From the IMG/VR virus record IMGVR_UViG_3300034073_003340, positions 186,001 to 250,000 of that record: a DNA stretch of 64,000 nucleotides; one strand, written 5' to 3'. Both the position numbers and the translations under genes were made by a program. Positions within the stretch are counted from its first letter, which is position 1. Every line of letters starts with the position of its first letter. The notes under the pieces were generated by a model, which did not search any database, had not been told where the DNA came from, and was given only the letters and a program-made list of their open reading frames with translations. Of this stretch, positions 36,360 through 45,916 are shown in pieces.

Positions 36360-36826
36360 AGGCGATACTCCGCTTTGTCGGCGAAATCAGGATCCAGGGT
36401 AAGCAGCGGATGACCCAGCGACTCCGTGAAAGAGTCCTTGAAACGTTCGTGATCGCGGTTGATCAGGTCGGCGCAGGTGCCACAATAATACGCCCTTGTT
36501 GAATGGTTATACCAGTATGCTCCGGGCATCTGGCATGCCGTGCGGTTACACCGCTGACCCTTTTCACCTTTGTGGGGATGATCTGGCTTGGTGACATTGA
36601 GATTGTCCAGATAAGCTTTGCTCATCCTGACACCGTTGGGATCAATATAGCTACCATCGGGCTGATATCCCGTCTGCGGAGCCGACGGACGACTTGGCGA
36701 AACCGGCGTCTGATAGGAGCCCTGACTGAGCATTTTCATATGAGCTGCGGCCTCACGCTTTGCTGCTGATTCAGCCCGCATCTGCTTGAAGCTCTTATTG
36801 CGGAAACTCCTGGATGGCTTGCTCAT
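36356..36826 (-). CDS. Zn-finger phage protein
   Basis: KGEKGQRCNRTACQ...WYNHSTRAYYCGTCA; AAGGAGATCGT RBS. Confidence 0.75.
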   Translation of the reverse strand: MSKPSRSFRNKSFKQMRAESAAKREAAAHMKMLSQGSYQTPVSPSRPSAPQTGYQPDGSYIDPNGVRMSKAYLDNLNVTKPDHPHKGEKGQRCNRTACQMPGAYWYNHSTRAYYCGTCADLINRDHERFKDSFTESLGHPLLTLDPDFADKAEYRL

Positions 36827-36898
36827 ACGATCTCCTTTGTGGTTTGAATAACCATAACACCACTTTTAACAAGATCAACCTATTATTGATATTGAGAT

Positions 36899-37240
36899 GT
36901 GGTGGATTTAAGATGTGCGAAAGGAATGAATATGACTGAACTAAAGTCCAACGATCACGCATTCATCAAAATCTCCAAAGAGCTTCACTGTCTGAGAAAT
37001 GATCACAAGGCTCTGACCATGTTACAGTATGCCAAAGTAGGAGCGGGTCAGCATAACCCAGACGCGGTCCACAGTGAAGAATGGAAATGTCTCAATAGAC
37101 TTGTCAATATTTTGACAAGTGAAAATAAAATGCGAGAAACTCTGATTTCGATAAGAGAACGAATCAAAAGCCTCGAAGAATTATCGGATGCCTACCTCAG
37201 GGGAGATGATATAGTGGCAACCCGATTAATGAAGGAATGA
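36899..37240 (+). CDS. Hypothetical protein
   Basis: 113 aa, divergent from 36826, convergent with 37241. Confidence 0.55.
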   Translation: MVDLRCAKGMNMTELKSNDHAFIKISKELHCLRNDHKALTMLQYAKVGAGQHNPDAVHSEEWKCLNRLVNILTSENKMRETLISIRERIKSLEELSDAYLRGDDIVATRLMKE

Positions 37241-37546
37241 TCAATAGTCGGCAAGATGCGCGAACTTTCCGCGCGGATTGACAATGTTATTGTATCGGTC
37301 CTTACACCGATAGGACTTTTTCTTGCCTTTGATCACCGGAGGACAGAACTTCTGCTGGTAGGTCTTTTTCACGATCTTGCGGGCGCAGCAGGCACATTCG
37401 ATAGTGGCCCCGATTTCGGCCCGGCTGTTGTCATGGAAGCGGTCACGCATCTTGCGCCACTCGCGATCGCGACGTTCAAGATCAAATTCCCGCAATTCAG
37501 AGGAAAAATCGTAGGAGTCGTCCAGATGCTCCGCCATTTCACCCAT
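37241..37546 (-). CDS. Zn-finger-like phage protein
   Basis: CACC...QQKFC...CKDRYNN. Confidence 0.7.
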   Translation of the reverse strand: MGEMAEHLDDSYDFSSELREFDLERRDREWRKMRDRFHDNSRAEIGATIECACCARKIVKKTYQQKFCPPVIKGKKKSYRCKDRYNNIVNPRGKFAHLADY

Positions 37547-37742
37547 TGGTGATCTCCCTTGCCATCTGAGCCGCGGCCAGCTTGCGTTGAGCCTCGCGGA
37601 TCATGACCTCAGATGCGCCCATGGCCTTCATGGTTTCGATAACCTTGGCAGCGGCCTCGAGTCGATCTTCACCTTGCTGGATACCAGAAAGTTCTCCAGC
37701 AAAGCTATTTGCTTGTGATCGGGATACTTTACGCGTCACCAT
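37539..37742 (-). CDS. Hypothetical protein
   Basis: Follows cassette promoter 37790. Confidence 0.7.
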   Translation of the reverse strand: MVTRKVSRSQANSFAGELSGIQQGEDRLEAAAKVIETMKAMGASEVMIREAQRKLAAAQMAREITNG

Positions 37743-37798
37743 AGACTCCTCATTTCCTGTTCACCAGTTCTAACAGAAACTAGAAAGAAGTCAACCGA

Positions 37799-38194
37799 TC
37801 AAAGGCCCTCGATTTCAATTGATGTAACGCGGTTACTGAACTTGTTCCGCAGCACCCCGCCAATGCGATCCCAGAAAGACGGTTCACCATCCTCAGACTC
37901 AAACCACTTTTGCTTGGGAAAGATGAGAATATTGCGAAAGCGCAGGCTATCCATCTGACTCAAAAAACAAGTCAGAGCAGTCGGGCTTAGATCTTCCATA
38001 CCGGCCACAATCGTCGGCCCTTTGTCATCGAAAACTGTGGGATTCTGAGTGTCGAGAACCCGATGAGCAACACCAAGGGTGTCGAGCATCTTGCTGATGT
38101 CTTCAGGGGTCGCATTATCGATAGCAATCTTCATTGCGTGACCGCTACAGGGCTGGCTGATCTTTGAAAGGATCGCTGGCGTAATCTGGGTCAT
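37799..38194 (-). CDS. Hypothetical protein
   Basis: Follows cassette promoter 38243. Confidence 0.75.
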   Translation of the reverse strand: MTQITPAILSKISQPCSGHAMKIAIDNATPEDISKMLDTLGVAHRVLDTQNPTVFDDKGPTIVAGMEDLSPTALTCFLSQMDSLRFRNILIFPKQKWFESEDGEPSFWDRIGGVLRNKFSNRVTSIEIEGL

Positions 38195-38252
38195 GTTGAT
38201 CTCCTATTTGGCTAAACTGGTGATAACATGGAAGTTCTAATCGTCAACCAGT

Positions 38253-38603
38253 TTAGCTAAATTCACCCGAATAGAAGTGGAAGCCCTCGTCAATCCACTC
38301 GTTGCCGGTCTTGGCCCGCGCCGTCTTGGGCTCAATGGCCTTTGGTCCCCAGGGCTTAGTGGTTTGCTCCACAGTGGCCCAGAACTCCTCGGGAGTGAAA
38401 GGGGTGTTGTATTCGTCGACGATCAGCATGTTGGGCGTCATCATCGAAATGACATTCCGCCAGATATCCACGGTCTTGAAGTTCTCACCCTGGAACATAA
38501 AAGTCCAGCCACCTGCCCACTTGCCAATGTGAATATCTTCAGAAACTCGCTGACCGGTCTGGGGGTTCACCGATGTTTCGCGAATATAGAAGTTCGTTCC
38601 CAT
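38253..38603 (-). CDS. Conserved-type phage hypothetical protein
   Basis: MGTNFY...HIGK..GGWTFMFQ...DEY...FW...GEFS. Confidence 0.8.
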   Translation of the reverse strand: MGTNFYIRETSVNPQTGQRVSEDIHIGKWAGGWTFMFQGENFKTVDIWRNVISMMTPNMLIVDEYNTPFTPEEFWATVEQTTKPWGPKAIEPKTARAKTGNEWIDEGFHFYSGEFS

Positions 38604-38861
38604 GTGAGTCTCCTTGATATCAACCTATATTCAGGGTTTAACATCTGAATAGGAATAGTCAACCAGTTTCAGGGAGAAATGTTCCGTAAATTATAAAAGC
38701 TACTATGGTTCACAACTAAATGAACAACGCTGATATACAGGTTACCAGACGCTACCCGCCAGCGGGTAGACCCTGATAACATGAATAGCAGAGATATTCA
38801 ATTAAGAAGTGACACATAGGCGCGCTGACTCATCCTTTCAGGAGAGCAGCGAATCTGAAAT

Positions 38862-39428
38862 TTATTCAGAGGGCAACGTGCGCCCCACGTAGGACAGAGG
38901 CAACAAAAGATGCTCTGTGGGATCCAGTAGCGAATGCGGTCGCTCGTCCGTCCAATCAACCGCCTCTTTGGTGCCATGCTTGTGAAGTTCCAAATGTAGC
39001 ATCGACATTGGGCGCCCTTTGTCTTCAATCAGCACTGGGATAACATGCCCGATTATTTCACCGGCTTTGATTCTATCACCGGGCCAATAGTGATAGTTGG
39101 GTTTGATTTCACCATACACCACAACACCACTTTCACCCTCAAGCAATAGTGCCCAGGTGTCCCGCCACCAGGGACTAGGCGGGGTCGCATGGGCACCCGT
39201 AAAAGGAACAAGTGCCACGACTACACTGAATTCAACGGCCGCCACAGGCGTCCCCTCAGGGCAATACAGGTCAACTCCTTCGTGGTAGTGATGTTTGCGT
39301 TTGAAGCCAAACGACCCTGGGTGATCGGGTCCCACAGGAACGCCAGTGTTACCTGGCTCAAATGATAGAAAATCCTCACTACCCTGGCTAGGGTGGAGGA
39401 CCATTGTTGGAAGAGGATTGTGCCACAT
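38862..39428 (-). CDS. M23-family peptidase
   Basis: GSFG..R....HEGVDLYCPEGTPVAAV...GEIIG.V...MLHLE. Confidence 0.8.
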   Translation of the reverse strand: MWHNPLPTMVLHPSQGSEDFLSFEPGNTGVPVGPDHPGSFGFKRKHHYHEGVDLYCPEGTPVAAVEFSVVVALVPFTGAHATPPSPWWRDTWALLLEGESGVVVYGEIKPNYHYWPGDRIKAGEIIGHVIPVLIEDKGRPMSMLHLELHKHGTKEAVDWTDERPHSLLDPTEHLLLPLSYVGRTLPSE

Positions 39429-39464
39429 GCCTTCCTCTACTTTGGTCGTGATTTAAAGTCAAGA

Positions 39465-39492
39465 CAATGGGCACTTTTGAAAGTGCCCATTG
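39465..39492. terminator. Hairpin terminator
   Basis: caatgggcacttt..aaagtgcccattg. Confidence 0.75.
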
Positions 39493-39717
39493 GGTTAGAG
39501 TGCTGTTTTTCTCTAAATGCTTCCGATCTATCAACAAATCTTACGCTACGGCCAGTTCATGATTAAGAATCCTGTTTGTGTTATCCAACTATCCAATATA
39601 TCAAGCATCTCATTTTAGGATCTGCGCTACGGCCAGTTCATGATTAAAAACCTCTGTTTAACCTTTTTACAAATGCCTACACCCTGGAGACTAGCAGGTT
39701 ACACCAGGGTGTCAACC
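39465..39717 (-). ncRNA. Promoter-to-terminator short transcript with two MNWP minigenes (putative sRNA/minigene unit)
   Basis: TTGACA-N16-TAGTCT promoter; 23-nt direct repeat at 39544 and 39625; no long sense ORF; terminator. Confidence 0.5.
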
Positions 39718-39718
39718 A

Positions 39719-40093
39719 TTATTTGGACGAGATGCTGCCACCGCTTTGCTTGCCTTCGGCAGCGGTGCGGTTGGTGTTGTAGAATGCCAGTTCTTCAGCA
39801 GTGGCATTGCGCAAAGCGATCCAGCCATGCTTGCCGGTTTCCGTGAGGAACTGGATGTTGGTGCCGATGCCAGCTGCGTCAGCAACTTCCGACGGGATGG
39901 TAAAGCGCAAAGCGCGGACAGCCTGCTTCTTCAGGCGCAGGTCAGCGAGCAGCTCACCCTTGGGGAGGCCCACTGCCGACTTGCGATCGGTGGGACGAAC
40001 CTGCAGGGTTCCGTCCAGAACCCGGATACGGACCTTGGTCGCGGTGCCCATGAGAGCCGATGCGTTCTTGTTGAGGTTTACGGTCTTGCCCAT
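39719..40093 (-). CDS. AbrB/MraZ-like paralog 2
   Basis: KVRIR...VRPTDR...LPKGELL...RFTIPSEVADAAGI...KHGWIAL. Confidence 0.8.
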   Translation of the reverse strand: MGKTVNLNKNASALMGTATKVRIRVLDGTLQVRPTDRKSAVGLPKGELLADLRLKKQAVRALRFTIPSEVADAAGIGTNIQFLTETGKHGWIALRNATAEELAFYNTNRTAAEGKQSGGSISSK

Positions 40094-40157
40094 TTTCGAT
40101 CTCCTTGTTTGCTTCCGATAAACCAGTTCTAGCAGAACTGGTGAATATGTCAACCAG
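40094..40157 (-). promoter_or_regulatory. Prototype cassette promoter, leader and RBS
   Basis: ctggTTGACAtattcaccagttctgcTAGAACtggtttatcggaagcaaacaAGGAGatcgaaa-ATG; 44 nt identical at 41044-41087. Confidence 0.85.
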
Positions 40158-40167
40158 AATCTCGCCG

Positions 40168-40527
40168 TTATTTCAACTTCAGGGTGAAATTCCGACTGTG
40201 CTGTTTGGTTTTCTTGACATCCAGCTTATCGACCGGAAGTTCATAGTAGTAAGCCACCCAGTGGGCCGACCGGACGACCTCGCGGGTCACTTCCACCTCA
40301 CCCTTGCGCTTGCCGCGCGTGATGGTGCGCTTGGTGACCTTGGCTTTGCGATTGTGCTTTTCCAGGCTGTAGAGGCGCGCCAGTCCGTCCTTGGTGCCGC
40401 TGCCAATGAGAAAGCGACCGTTATTGCGGAAGCTGTTGAAACTGAAGCCGCCCTCGATCTTGTGGATCACGTCCATCTTGCTCTTGCCCGTGATCTTCAC
40501 CGGCTTGATCTTGATCACAATCGCCAT
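40168..40527 (-). CDS. Highly basic hypothetical early protein
   Basis: Lys/Arg-rich, GC-rich codons; cassette promoter 40583. Confidence 0.8.
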   Translation of the reverse strand: MAIVIKIKPVKITGKSKMDVIHKIEGGFSFNSFRNNGRFLIGSGTKDGLARLYSLEKHNRKAKVTKRTITRGKRKGEVEVTREVVRSAHWVAYYYELPVDKLDVKKTKQHSRNFTLKLK

Positions 40528-40583
40528 TTCCGATCTCCTTGTTTGCTGTCTATGTCCTGGTTTTAACAGAAACTGGTTAGGTG

Positions 40584-41036
40584 TCAACCAGTTTTCTTCT
40601 TTCCGTTGATCACCAGCTGCGCGGGACCCTCATAGCCGAAAAGAAATGCCGGAACCTTGCTGCCGCGCGGCGCATCATACTGGTCACCAAATTCAAAGGT
40701 CTTGTCGCCGACTTTTCCCGTCATCGAATACCAGGTGTTGGCATAATAGTTGAAGCCCACGCCGCTTTCCGCAATGAGCTTTGCGTAAACTTCCGAAAAT
40801 TCACCTTCATAGTGATGAGAGGTGGTGCCGCTGCGAGCCCGATCGGCTTTCAGCGTAACCGGCATGATGGAGCCGGTATAACGACCCTTTGTAATTTCGA
40901 CGAAGATCGGCTTTCCAGCAGCCAGCGTTTCGTTGATGTGATCGAAGATCTCCTTGTAGGCATCCCAAAAGGAACCAAAGGTAGTGTAACGACCATCCAG
41001 CTTGGGAAGTTCCAACCTCTTTACTATCTGTGCCAT
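40584..41036 (-). CDS. Hypothetical early protein (paralogous to N-terminus of 42592)
   Basis: IFVEITKGRYTGSI...FLFGYEGP; stop codon lies in the next -35 box. Confidence 0.75.
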   Translation of the reverse strand: MAQIVKRLELPKLDGRYTTFGSFWDAYKEIFDHINETLAAGKPIFVEITKGRYTGSIMPVTLKADRARSGTTSHHYEGEFSEVYAKLIAESGVGFNYYANTWYSMTGKVGDKTFEFGDQYDAPRGSKVPAFLFGYEGPAQLVINGKKKTG

Positions 41037-41120
41037 TTCCGACCTCCTTGTTTGCTTCCGATAAACCAGTTCTAGCAGAACTGGTGAGATAGTCAACCAC
41101 TATCTCACCAGTTCGCTGGA

Positions 41121-41558
41121 TTAAGCGACCTTTTCCGCGCGAGCAGCCTGAATTACTTCAAAGCGCACAAACTCGTCCTTGGTATCCTCAGGACCCAGTT
41201 CGTCCTTGATATAGCCACCGAACGTGCCGACCAGGCTGTCGACGATTTCCCGACAATCACCCCAGTGGCCCAGCGAGATGTAGGTCATGTCATCGGTGGT
41301 AACGTGTTCATAATCACACTTACAGGAGCCATCGACATGAACCGACATGAGGCGGCGTGTTGCCTTCTTGTTGCGCTCCCAGGGACGCATCGCCAGCAGT
41401 TCAGGAGTATAGTTTTCAGTGAACGAGATCTGGTAGAAGCTGTCGATGCTGGTGAAGAGGATTGCGAAGTTGTCGCCACCATATTTCTTCTTGATCAGCT
41501 TGACGAGATCGATGGGGTTGATGTTGACGCCGATCAGACCAACGTAAGAAACGCTCAT
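41121..41558 (-). CDS. Hypothetical early protein
   Basis: Cassette promoter 41614 and RBS. Confidence 0.8.
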   Translation of the reverse strand: MSVSYVGLIGVNINPIDLVKLIKKKYGGDNFAILFTSIDSFYQISFTENYTPELLAMRPWERNKKATRRLMSVHVDGSCKCDYEHVTTDDMTYISLGHWGDCREIVDSLVGTFGGYIKDELGPEDTKDEFVRFEVIQAARAEKVA

Positions 41559-41624
41559 ATTCGATCTCCTGTGTTGCTTGCTATAAACTGGTGATAGCAT
41601 CTCACCAGTTTATGTCAACCAGTT

Positions 41625-41912
41625 TTAGGAGAATTCACATTCAGGAAGATCTGCGGGGTCCATACCATCTTCAACATCGACCTGTCGACACCAGCGTTCC
41701 CAGCCGGATAGGTTGAAATTGATGGTATAGCCACCCCAGGGTTCTGAACTAATCTTGACCCAGCCCTTGTCCTCGGCATCGAGCCAACCTTTGCCCACAG
41801 GACCCTCGAGAGACTTGATCTCATGCTTGGGAGTGTTGCCCAGCTTACGAATCAATGCCTTTGTGCTGGGCTTGAGCAGGGCAAACTCGGGGGCCTCGAC
41901 GGCCTTAGTCAT
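41625..41912 (-). CDS. Hypothetical protein
   Basis: About 95 aa; start uncertain. Confidence 0.65.
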   Translation of the reverse strand: MTKAVEAPEFALLKPSTKALIRKLGNTPKHEIKSLEGPVGKGWLDAEDKGWVKISSEPWGGYTINFNLSGWERWCRQVDVEDGMDPADLPECEFS

Positions 41913-42075
41913 CGAGGTCGATCCGCTTGTTTTCTGCTCGGCGCTTGCGAGCACTGTTGGCGCGGTAGCTCTTGTCCTTGCGGTAATCGCCCAGATCCAT
42001 ACCGCCCTTTTTCTTGCTGCGGCCCAGCTTCTCGAGAATCTCGATAAACCATGAGGTTCGAATTTTACCTGCCAT
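41905..42075 (-). CDS. Small basic protein
   Basis: AAGGAG SD before MAGKIR. Confidence 0.6.
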   Translation of the reverse strand: MAGKIRTSWFIEILEKLGRSKKKGGMDLGDYRKDKSYRANSARKRRAENKRIDLDD

Positions 42076-42085
42076 TTCTATCTCC

Positions 42086-42274
42086 TTAGCCTCGAGGCAT
42101 TCTTCGATCACCCTGGAGACAGGCAATACGATGACGCAGACTGTTGCGCTCCGTCTCGTCTGTTTCGGTTTCCAGTTCAGCCTGGAGCCGATCAATATTG
42201 GCCTGAATGCGGACCCGATCAGCCTCGGAGGCCGGCTTCTGTGTGTAATAGCACTTCAACTGAATATCGCGCAT
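42086..42274 (-). CDS. Small coiled-coil protein
   Basis: Cassette promoter 42317. Confidence 0.65.
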   Translation of the reverse strand: MRDIQLKCYYTQKPASEADRVRIQANIDRLQAELETETDETERNSLRHRIACLQGDRRMPRG

Positions 42275-42317
42275 TTCAATCTCCTTGTTAAGAACCCTAC
42301 ACTCTGGTGAACAGATG

Positions 42318-42515
42318 TCAACCAGTTTTGGGACGGAGTTTTGCGGACAGCTTGTTAGCTAGCCGAATCAGAGCAATCGAACGATCCTTGGGCGTATCGG
42401 GATCGTCAGCGAGATACCAGATCGCATCGATCTGCTCTTCTGCCGTCCTGGCTTTGATAGCGGCCAGTGGCACAATCGCGAGAGCCGGAATGTTCAGAAT
42501 AAACGGCTTTGCCAT
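42318..42515 (-). CDS. Hypothetical early protein
   Basis: Cassette promoter 42573; ends KTG* in the next -35. Confidence 0.7.
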   Translation of the reverse strand: MAKPFILNIPALAIVPLAAIKARTAEEQIDAIWYLADDPDTPKDRSIALIRLANKLSAKLRPKTG

Positions 42516-42591
42516 CTTTTGATCTCCTCGATTGCCTACCTACTCACCAGTTCTATACTCTGGTGAGTAGGAGTCAACCAGTTTTTGGAGA

Positions 42592-43404
42592 TTAATTGCT
42601 CAGTTTGAAAAGCATCAGTCGATCACCCAGATCCTTGCTATACTTGAGCAGACAGGTTACATTCTCGCCATTTTTGACCTGTCTGCGGACCATCTCTGTA
42701 GAGATGCGACCTGATCCGCCTCCTATGAATGCGGTATAGGCTAGCGATCCCTGTTCGGTAACTTTGATAAGTTTGCCGATCAGCAGTGTATTGGCCCCGC
42801 CATAAAGAAACAGATCGCCCAACTGTATCTCATCACCCAACTGATCGAAAACCTTGTGTTGGGCAGGATCTCGCATTGCTGCCAGTTCTTCTGGTGTTCG
42901 TTCTGTTCGGGAATAGCAATAGACGGTAGGACCCTGATAATCAAACAAAAACTCCAGGCTCATATGCTCGTCATAACTCAATGAAACCGATTTGCGACCA
43001 TCAAATTTTGCCTGGTATCTCGCATTCCAGGCAATGTTGGTAGTGAAGTCATAAGGAATTTGAAAATTCAGCTTCTTGCCTGTTGGCCGATCATTTACAA
43101 GCTTTGCTGTGACAAATTTGTTGATCGGCCAACAGGCAAGATAACCAGGATCCTGCCAGGCTGAAGTATTGGAGATTTTCCACTGGTTGACATCTACTCT
43201 TACGATAGAACCGGCTCGGCATCCGTCGTGAATTTTCGCAAAAATTTCTCCTCGATTTTTGAGGAGTTCAAGCAATTGCTTGAACTCAAGTTCACGATCT
43301 CGGATGAAATCTCGATATTGGCTAATCTCTTTGACTGTTTGATTTTTGCCAACTGATATGCTGGCCAGCATACCCTGAAACAGATCTCGGATCATCAAGC
43401 TCAT
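42592..43404 (-). CDS. Two-domain hypothetical protein
   Basis: IFAKIHDGCRAGSI...FLFDYQGP; VFDQLGDEIQLGD second domain; ends MLFKLSN. Confidence 0.8.
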   Translation of the reverse strand: MSLMIRDLFQGMLASISVGKNQTVKEISQYRDFIRDRELEFKQLLELLKNRGEIFAKIHDGCRAGSIVRVDVNQWKISNTSAWQDPGYLACWPINKFVTAKLVNDRPTGKKLNFQIPYDFTTNIAWNARYQAKFDGRKSVSLSYDEHMSLEFLFDYQGPTVYCYSRTERTPEELAAMRDPAQHKVFDQLGDEIQLGDLFLYGGANTLLIGKLIKVTEQGSLAYTAFIGGGSGRISTEMVRRQVKNGENVTCLLKYSKDLGDRLMLFKLSN

Positions 43405-43467
43405 ATTCGATCTCCACAAAACAGAAGGCCACACCTATAGCAGATGTGGCCTTCCGTCAATTGACTT

Positions 43468-44151
43468 TTAATACCAGCTATCGTCATCCGACTTTTCGCC
43501 ACCCTCATACCAGAGGTTTTCCCGGATATATTCCAGGCATTCCATCAGGGTGCCGCGCTTTTCCAGACCGCTGCTAACAAAACGGGTTTCAAAAACCACA
43601 GCCGAACCGTCGTCGAGGACGCCCAGGTTGTAGCTGCCATGTTCCGACAGGTTGTGCTCGAAAATGTCAAACAGCTTGAGTGTCTGAACGTTGATCTTTT
43701 CCTCCTTGTGGGAAAAGCTGCCGATCATGAAATCACTGGGGGACATCTGCGTGGCGTCCCAGTTGCCGGTCTTCATGTCGGGAAGGACCTCGAGGATCAG
43801 CTTTTCAAGCTGCTCAAGCTTGGCAGTGTCCCAGGTATAGTTGAGAGCCAGCTTGAGGGTCCGCTGACGCGTTCCGCTCCAGTAGCCGCCTCCAAACTGA
43901 AGACCAGTTCCCTTCCACTTGCCCTTCCAGGTCATGTCGGTGAGGAACTCGTATCCTTCCCGAAACTCAACATGGGTGCCGGGCAGGAAAGTTTCCAGCG
44001 CTCGTGCGACAGTCATGGGCTGCTGCGCGGCTTCGGCCTCCAGCATCTTGACCAGTTGATTGTGAAGGCGATTGACCTTGGCCTGCTGCTTCTCGAGCGC
44101 GGCGATTTCGATCTTGAGAATTTCCTCAACCTGTTCGCGGGTCTTGGTCAT
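43468..44151 (-). CDS. Hypothetical early protein
   Basis: 227 aa, cassette promoter 44206. Confidence 0.85.
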   Translation of the reverse strand: MTKTREQVEEILKIEIAALEKQQAKVNRLHNQLVKMLEAEAAQQPMTVARALETFLPGTHVEFREGYEFLTDMTWKGKWKGTGLQFGGGYWSGTRQRTLKLALNYTWDTAKLEQLEKLILEVLPDMKTGNWDATQMSPSDFMIGSFSHKEEKINVQTLKLFDIFEHNLSEHGSYNLGVLDDGSAVVFETRFVSSGLEKRGTLMECLEYIRENLWYEGGEKSDDDSWY

Positions 44152-44217
44152 TTGTAAATCTCCTTTTGTCTGCCTATAACCCGTGATAGCAGAAACTGGT
44201 GAGGAGTCAACCAGTTT

Positions 44218-44589
44218 CTAGATACCAGAGAAGTTTTCAGCCTGCTCGATGTTGACGACCACCTCTTCCAGCCATTGCTCGATGGTCGTTGGTTCGATCT
44301 CATCAAACGACTCACCAAAGGGTCCATAAACCGACGCACCAGCCTTGAGCGACCAAAGAGACTGATCGTCATCTTTGATGAAGAGGTAAATGGTGTGACC
44401 CTCTTCATAGTCCACCCAAGCGGTTTCACCGATCAACGTCCAACCAATTAGAGCCTCTGCTCCATAATCCTCTTCGAGACGCTCAATTGCCTGCTGACGC
44501 CAGAAAGGTGACATAAAGCCACCTACCTGTCTAGCGTCATCCCACTGCTCTCGCAGGATCTGTTCAGCTTCCTGTGGAGTGAACATCAA
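44218..44589 (-). CDS. Hypothetical protein
   Basis: 123 aa, acidic. Confidence 0.75.
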   Translation of the reverse strand: MMFTPQEAEQILREQWDDARQVGGFMSPFWRQQAIERLEEDYGAEALIGWTLIGETAWVDYEEGHTIYLFIKDDDQSLWSLKAGASVYGPFGESFDEIEPTTIEQWLEEVVVNIEQAENFSGI

Positions 44590-44936
44590 GCCACCACCGT
44601 GTCGAGCCAGCGTAGGGTGCGAAAATACTGCTCACACCATTCCTTCTGCGCAACCTTGAGCTCCTCGGTGACCATCACGAGAATCTTGTATTCCTGGAGA
44701 GCTTTGACCCAGGTACGCGGGATACGCTTGCCCCGAGTATAGCGATCCTGGATCTTCCGGATCAAGTCGCGTCCTGCCGTCGCCTGAGCACGAAATTCCT
44801 GGCTGTCTTTGCCGTTGTCGACCACAAGCCGATCGCCTTCGATCTTGTAATGCGGATAAGCGGAGACCATGAAAAAGGGCATACCTGCCTGATTCAGCAT
44901 ATAACCCACATACTGACCTTCAAACTTTTCCATCAT
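44586..44936 (-). CDS. Hypothetical early protein
   Basis: Cassette promoter 44990. Confidence 0.75.
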   Translation of the reverse strand: MMEKFEGQYVGYMLNQAGMPFFMVSAYPHYKIEGDRLVVDNGKDSQEFRAQATAGRDLIRKIQDRYTRGKRIPRTWVKALQEYKILVMVTEELKVAQKEWCEQYFRTLRWLDTVVA

Positions 44937-45002
44937 CTGTCTCCTTTGTTTGCTTCCTACTCACCTGTTCTAGCAAAACAGGTGAGGAAGTCAACCAGAA
45001 TT

Positions 45003-45344
45003 TCAGGAAATTTTCTTGGCCAACCAGGGAGAAATGCGACGGCCAGTCTTGCCAACTGGCAGGATACCACCCCATTCAATTTTGCCAAACGAATCGATGG
45101 TGCGGGGATCGCTACCATACCACATACCACGCAGACCCACTCGGCTTTTCTGTCGACTCACAGTCTGCATGGGGCAGGACTTGTGATCGATTTCACTGAT
45201 AATGACCAGCATACCAGTTCGACCAGTTCGACCAGGCCTAAAAAGGCGTCCAATACGTGCGACGCCATGGATAGCAAGCTTTTGAGCCCTTGCGGCCTGC
45301 TGACGTTCAGCTCGCTTTGCTGACTTTTCCAAATCAATTTTCAT
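45003..45344 (-). CDS. Basic hypothetical protein
   Basis: Cassette promoter 45390. Confidence 0.7.
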   Translation of the reverse strand: MKIDLEKSAKRAERQQAARAQKLAIHGVARIGRLFRPGRTGRTGMLVIISEIDHKSCPMQTVSRQKSRVGLRGMWYGSDPRTIDSFGKIEWGGILPVGKTGRRISPWLAKKIS

Positions 45345-45398
45345 ACGATTCTCCTTTCTATATCTGGTGATAACAGAAATCAGGAGAGTGTCAACCTT

Positions 45399-45863
45399 TT
45401 ACCAAAACCGACGTTTGTCGTAAAAACGAACAGGGTCAGATATTTTGATACTTTCTCGAGTCTCTCCATTTTTGAGCTCTTCAAAGCATTCACAAACATA
45501 GGTAGCTGGTCGTGGATCAGGCAAAATCGGATGCTTTACCTTGGTCATGCCGTTTTGCCGATACTCAGAGCGATGGCTATTGTTATACCGATCTCGCCAA
45601 GTCCCGTCAGGCATCTCATACATAAGAGCAGCACAAAGATATCGACCTCTGGCGTCTGTTCCCACACAATTAAAGCAGGTTTCACATAGCGATCGTCGTA
45701 CAGGCCCTCGATAGACCGGCTGGTACTGATTACAACTAGCGCACCAAAGAAATTCTTCTCTGGGAAAGTGGTTACTCACAGGGCTATTACAGACTTTACA
45801 ACAAGCCTTTGGCGACTCACTTGTGTCGTTTCGCGAGGGCGCAGGAAGGTTACTTGATACCAT
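45399..45863 (-). CDS. Cys-rich (Zn-binding) protein
   Basis: Multiple CxxC pairs. Confidence 0.65.
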   Translation of the reverse strand: MVSSNLPAPSRNDTSESPKACCKVCNSPVSNHFPREEFLWCASCNQYQPVYRGPVRRSLCETCFNCVGTDARGRYLCAALMYEMPDGTWRDRYNNSHRSEYRQNGMTKVKHPILPDPRPATYVCECFEELKNGETRESIKISDPVRFYDKRRFW

Positions 45864-45916
45864 GTTATTAGCCCTCTGCTGTCACCTTCGCCGACGCCTG
45901 AGTCTACCCCCGATCA

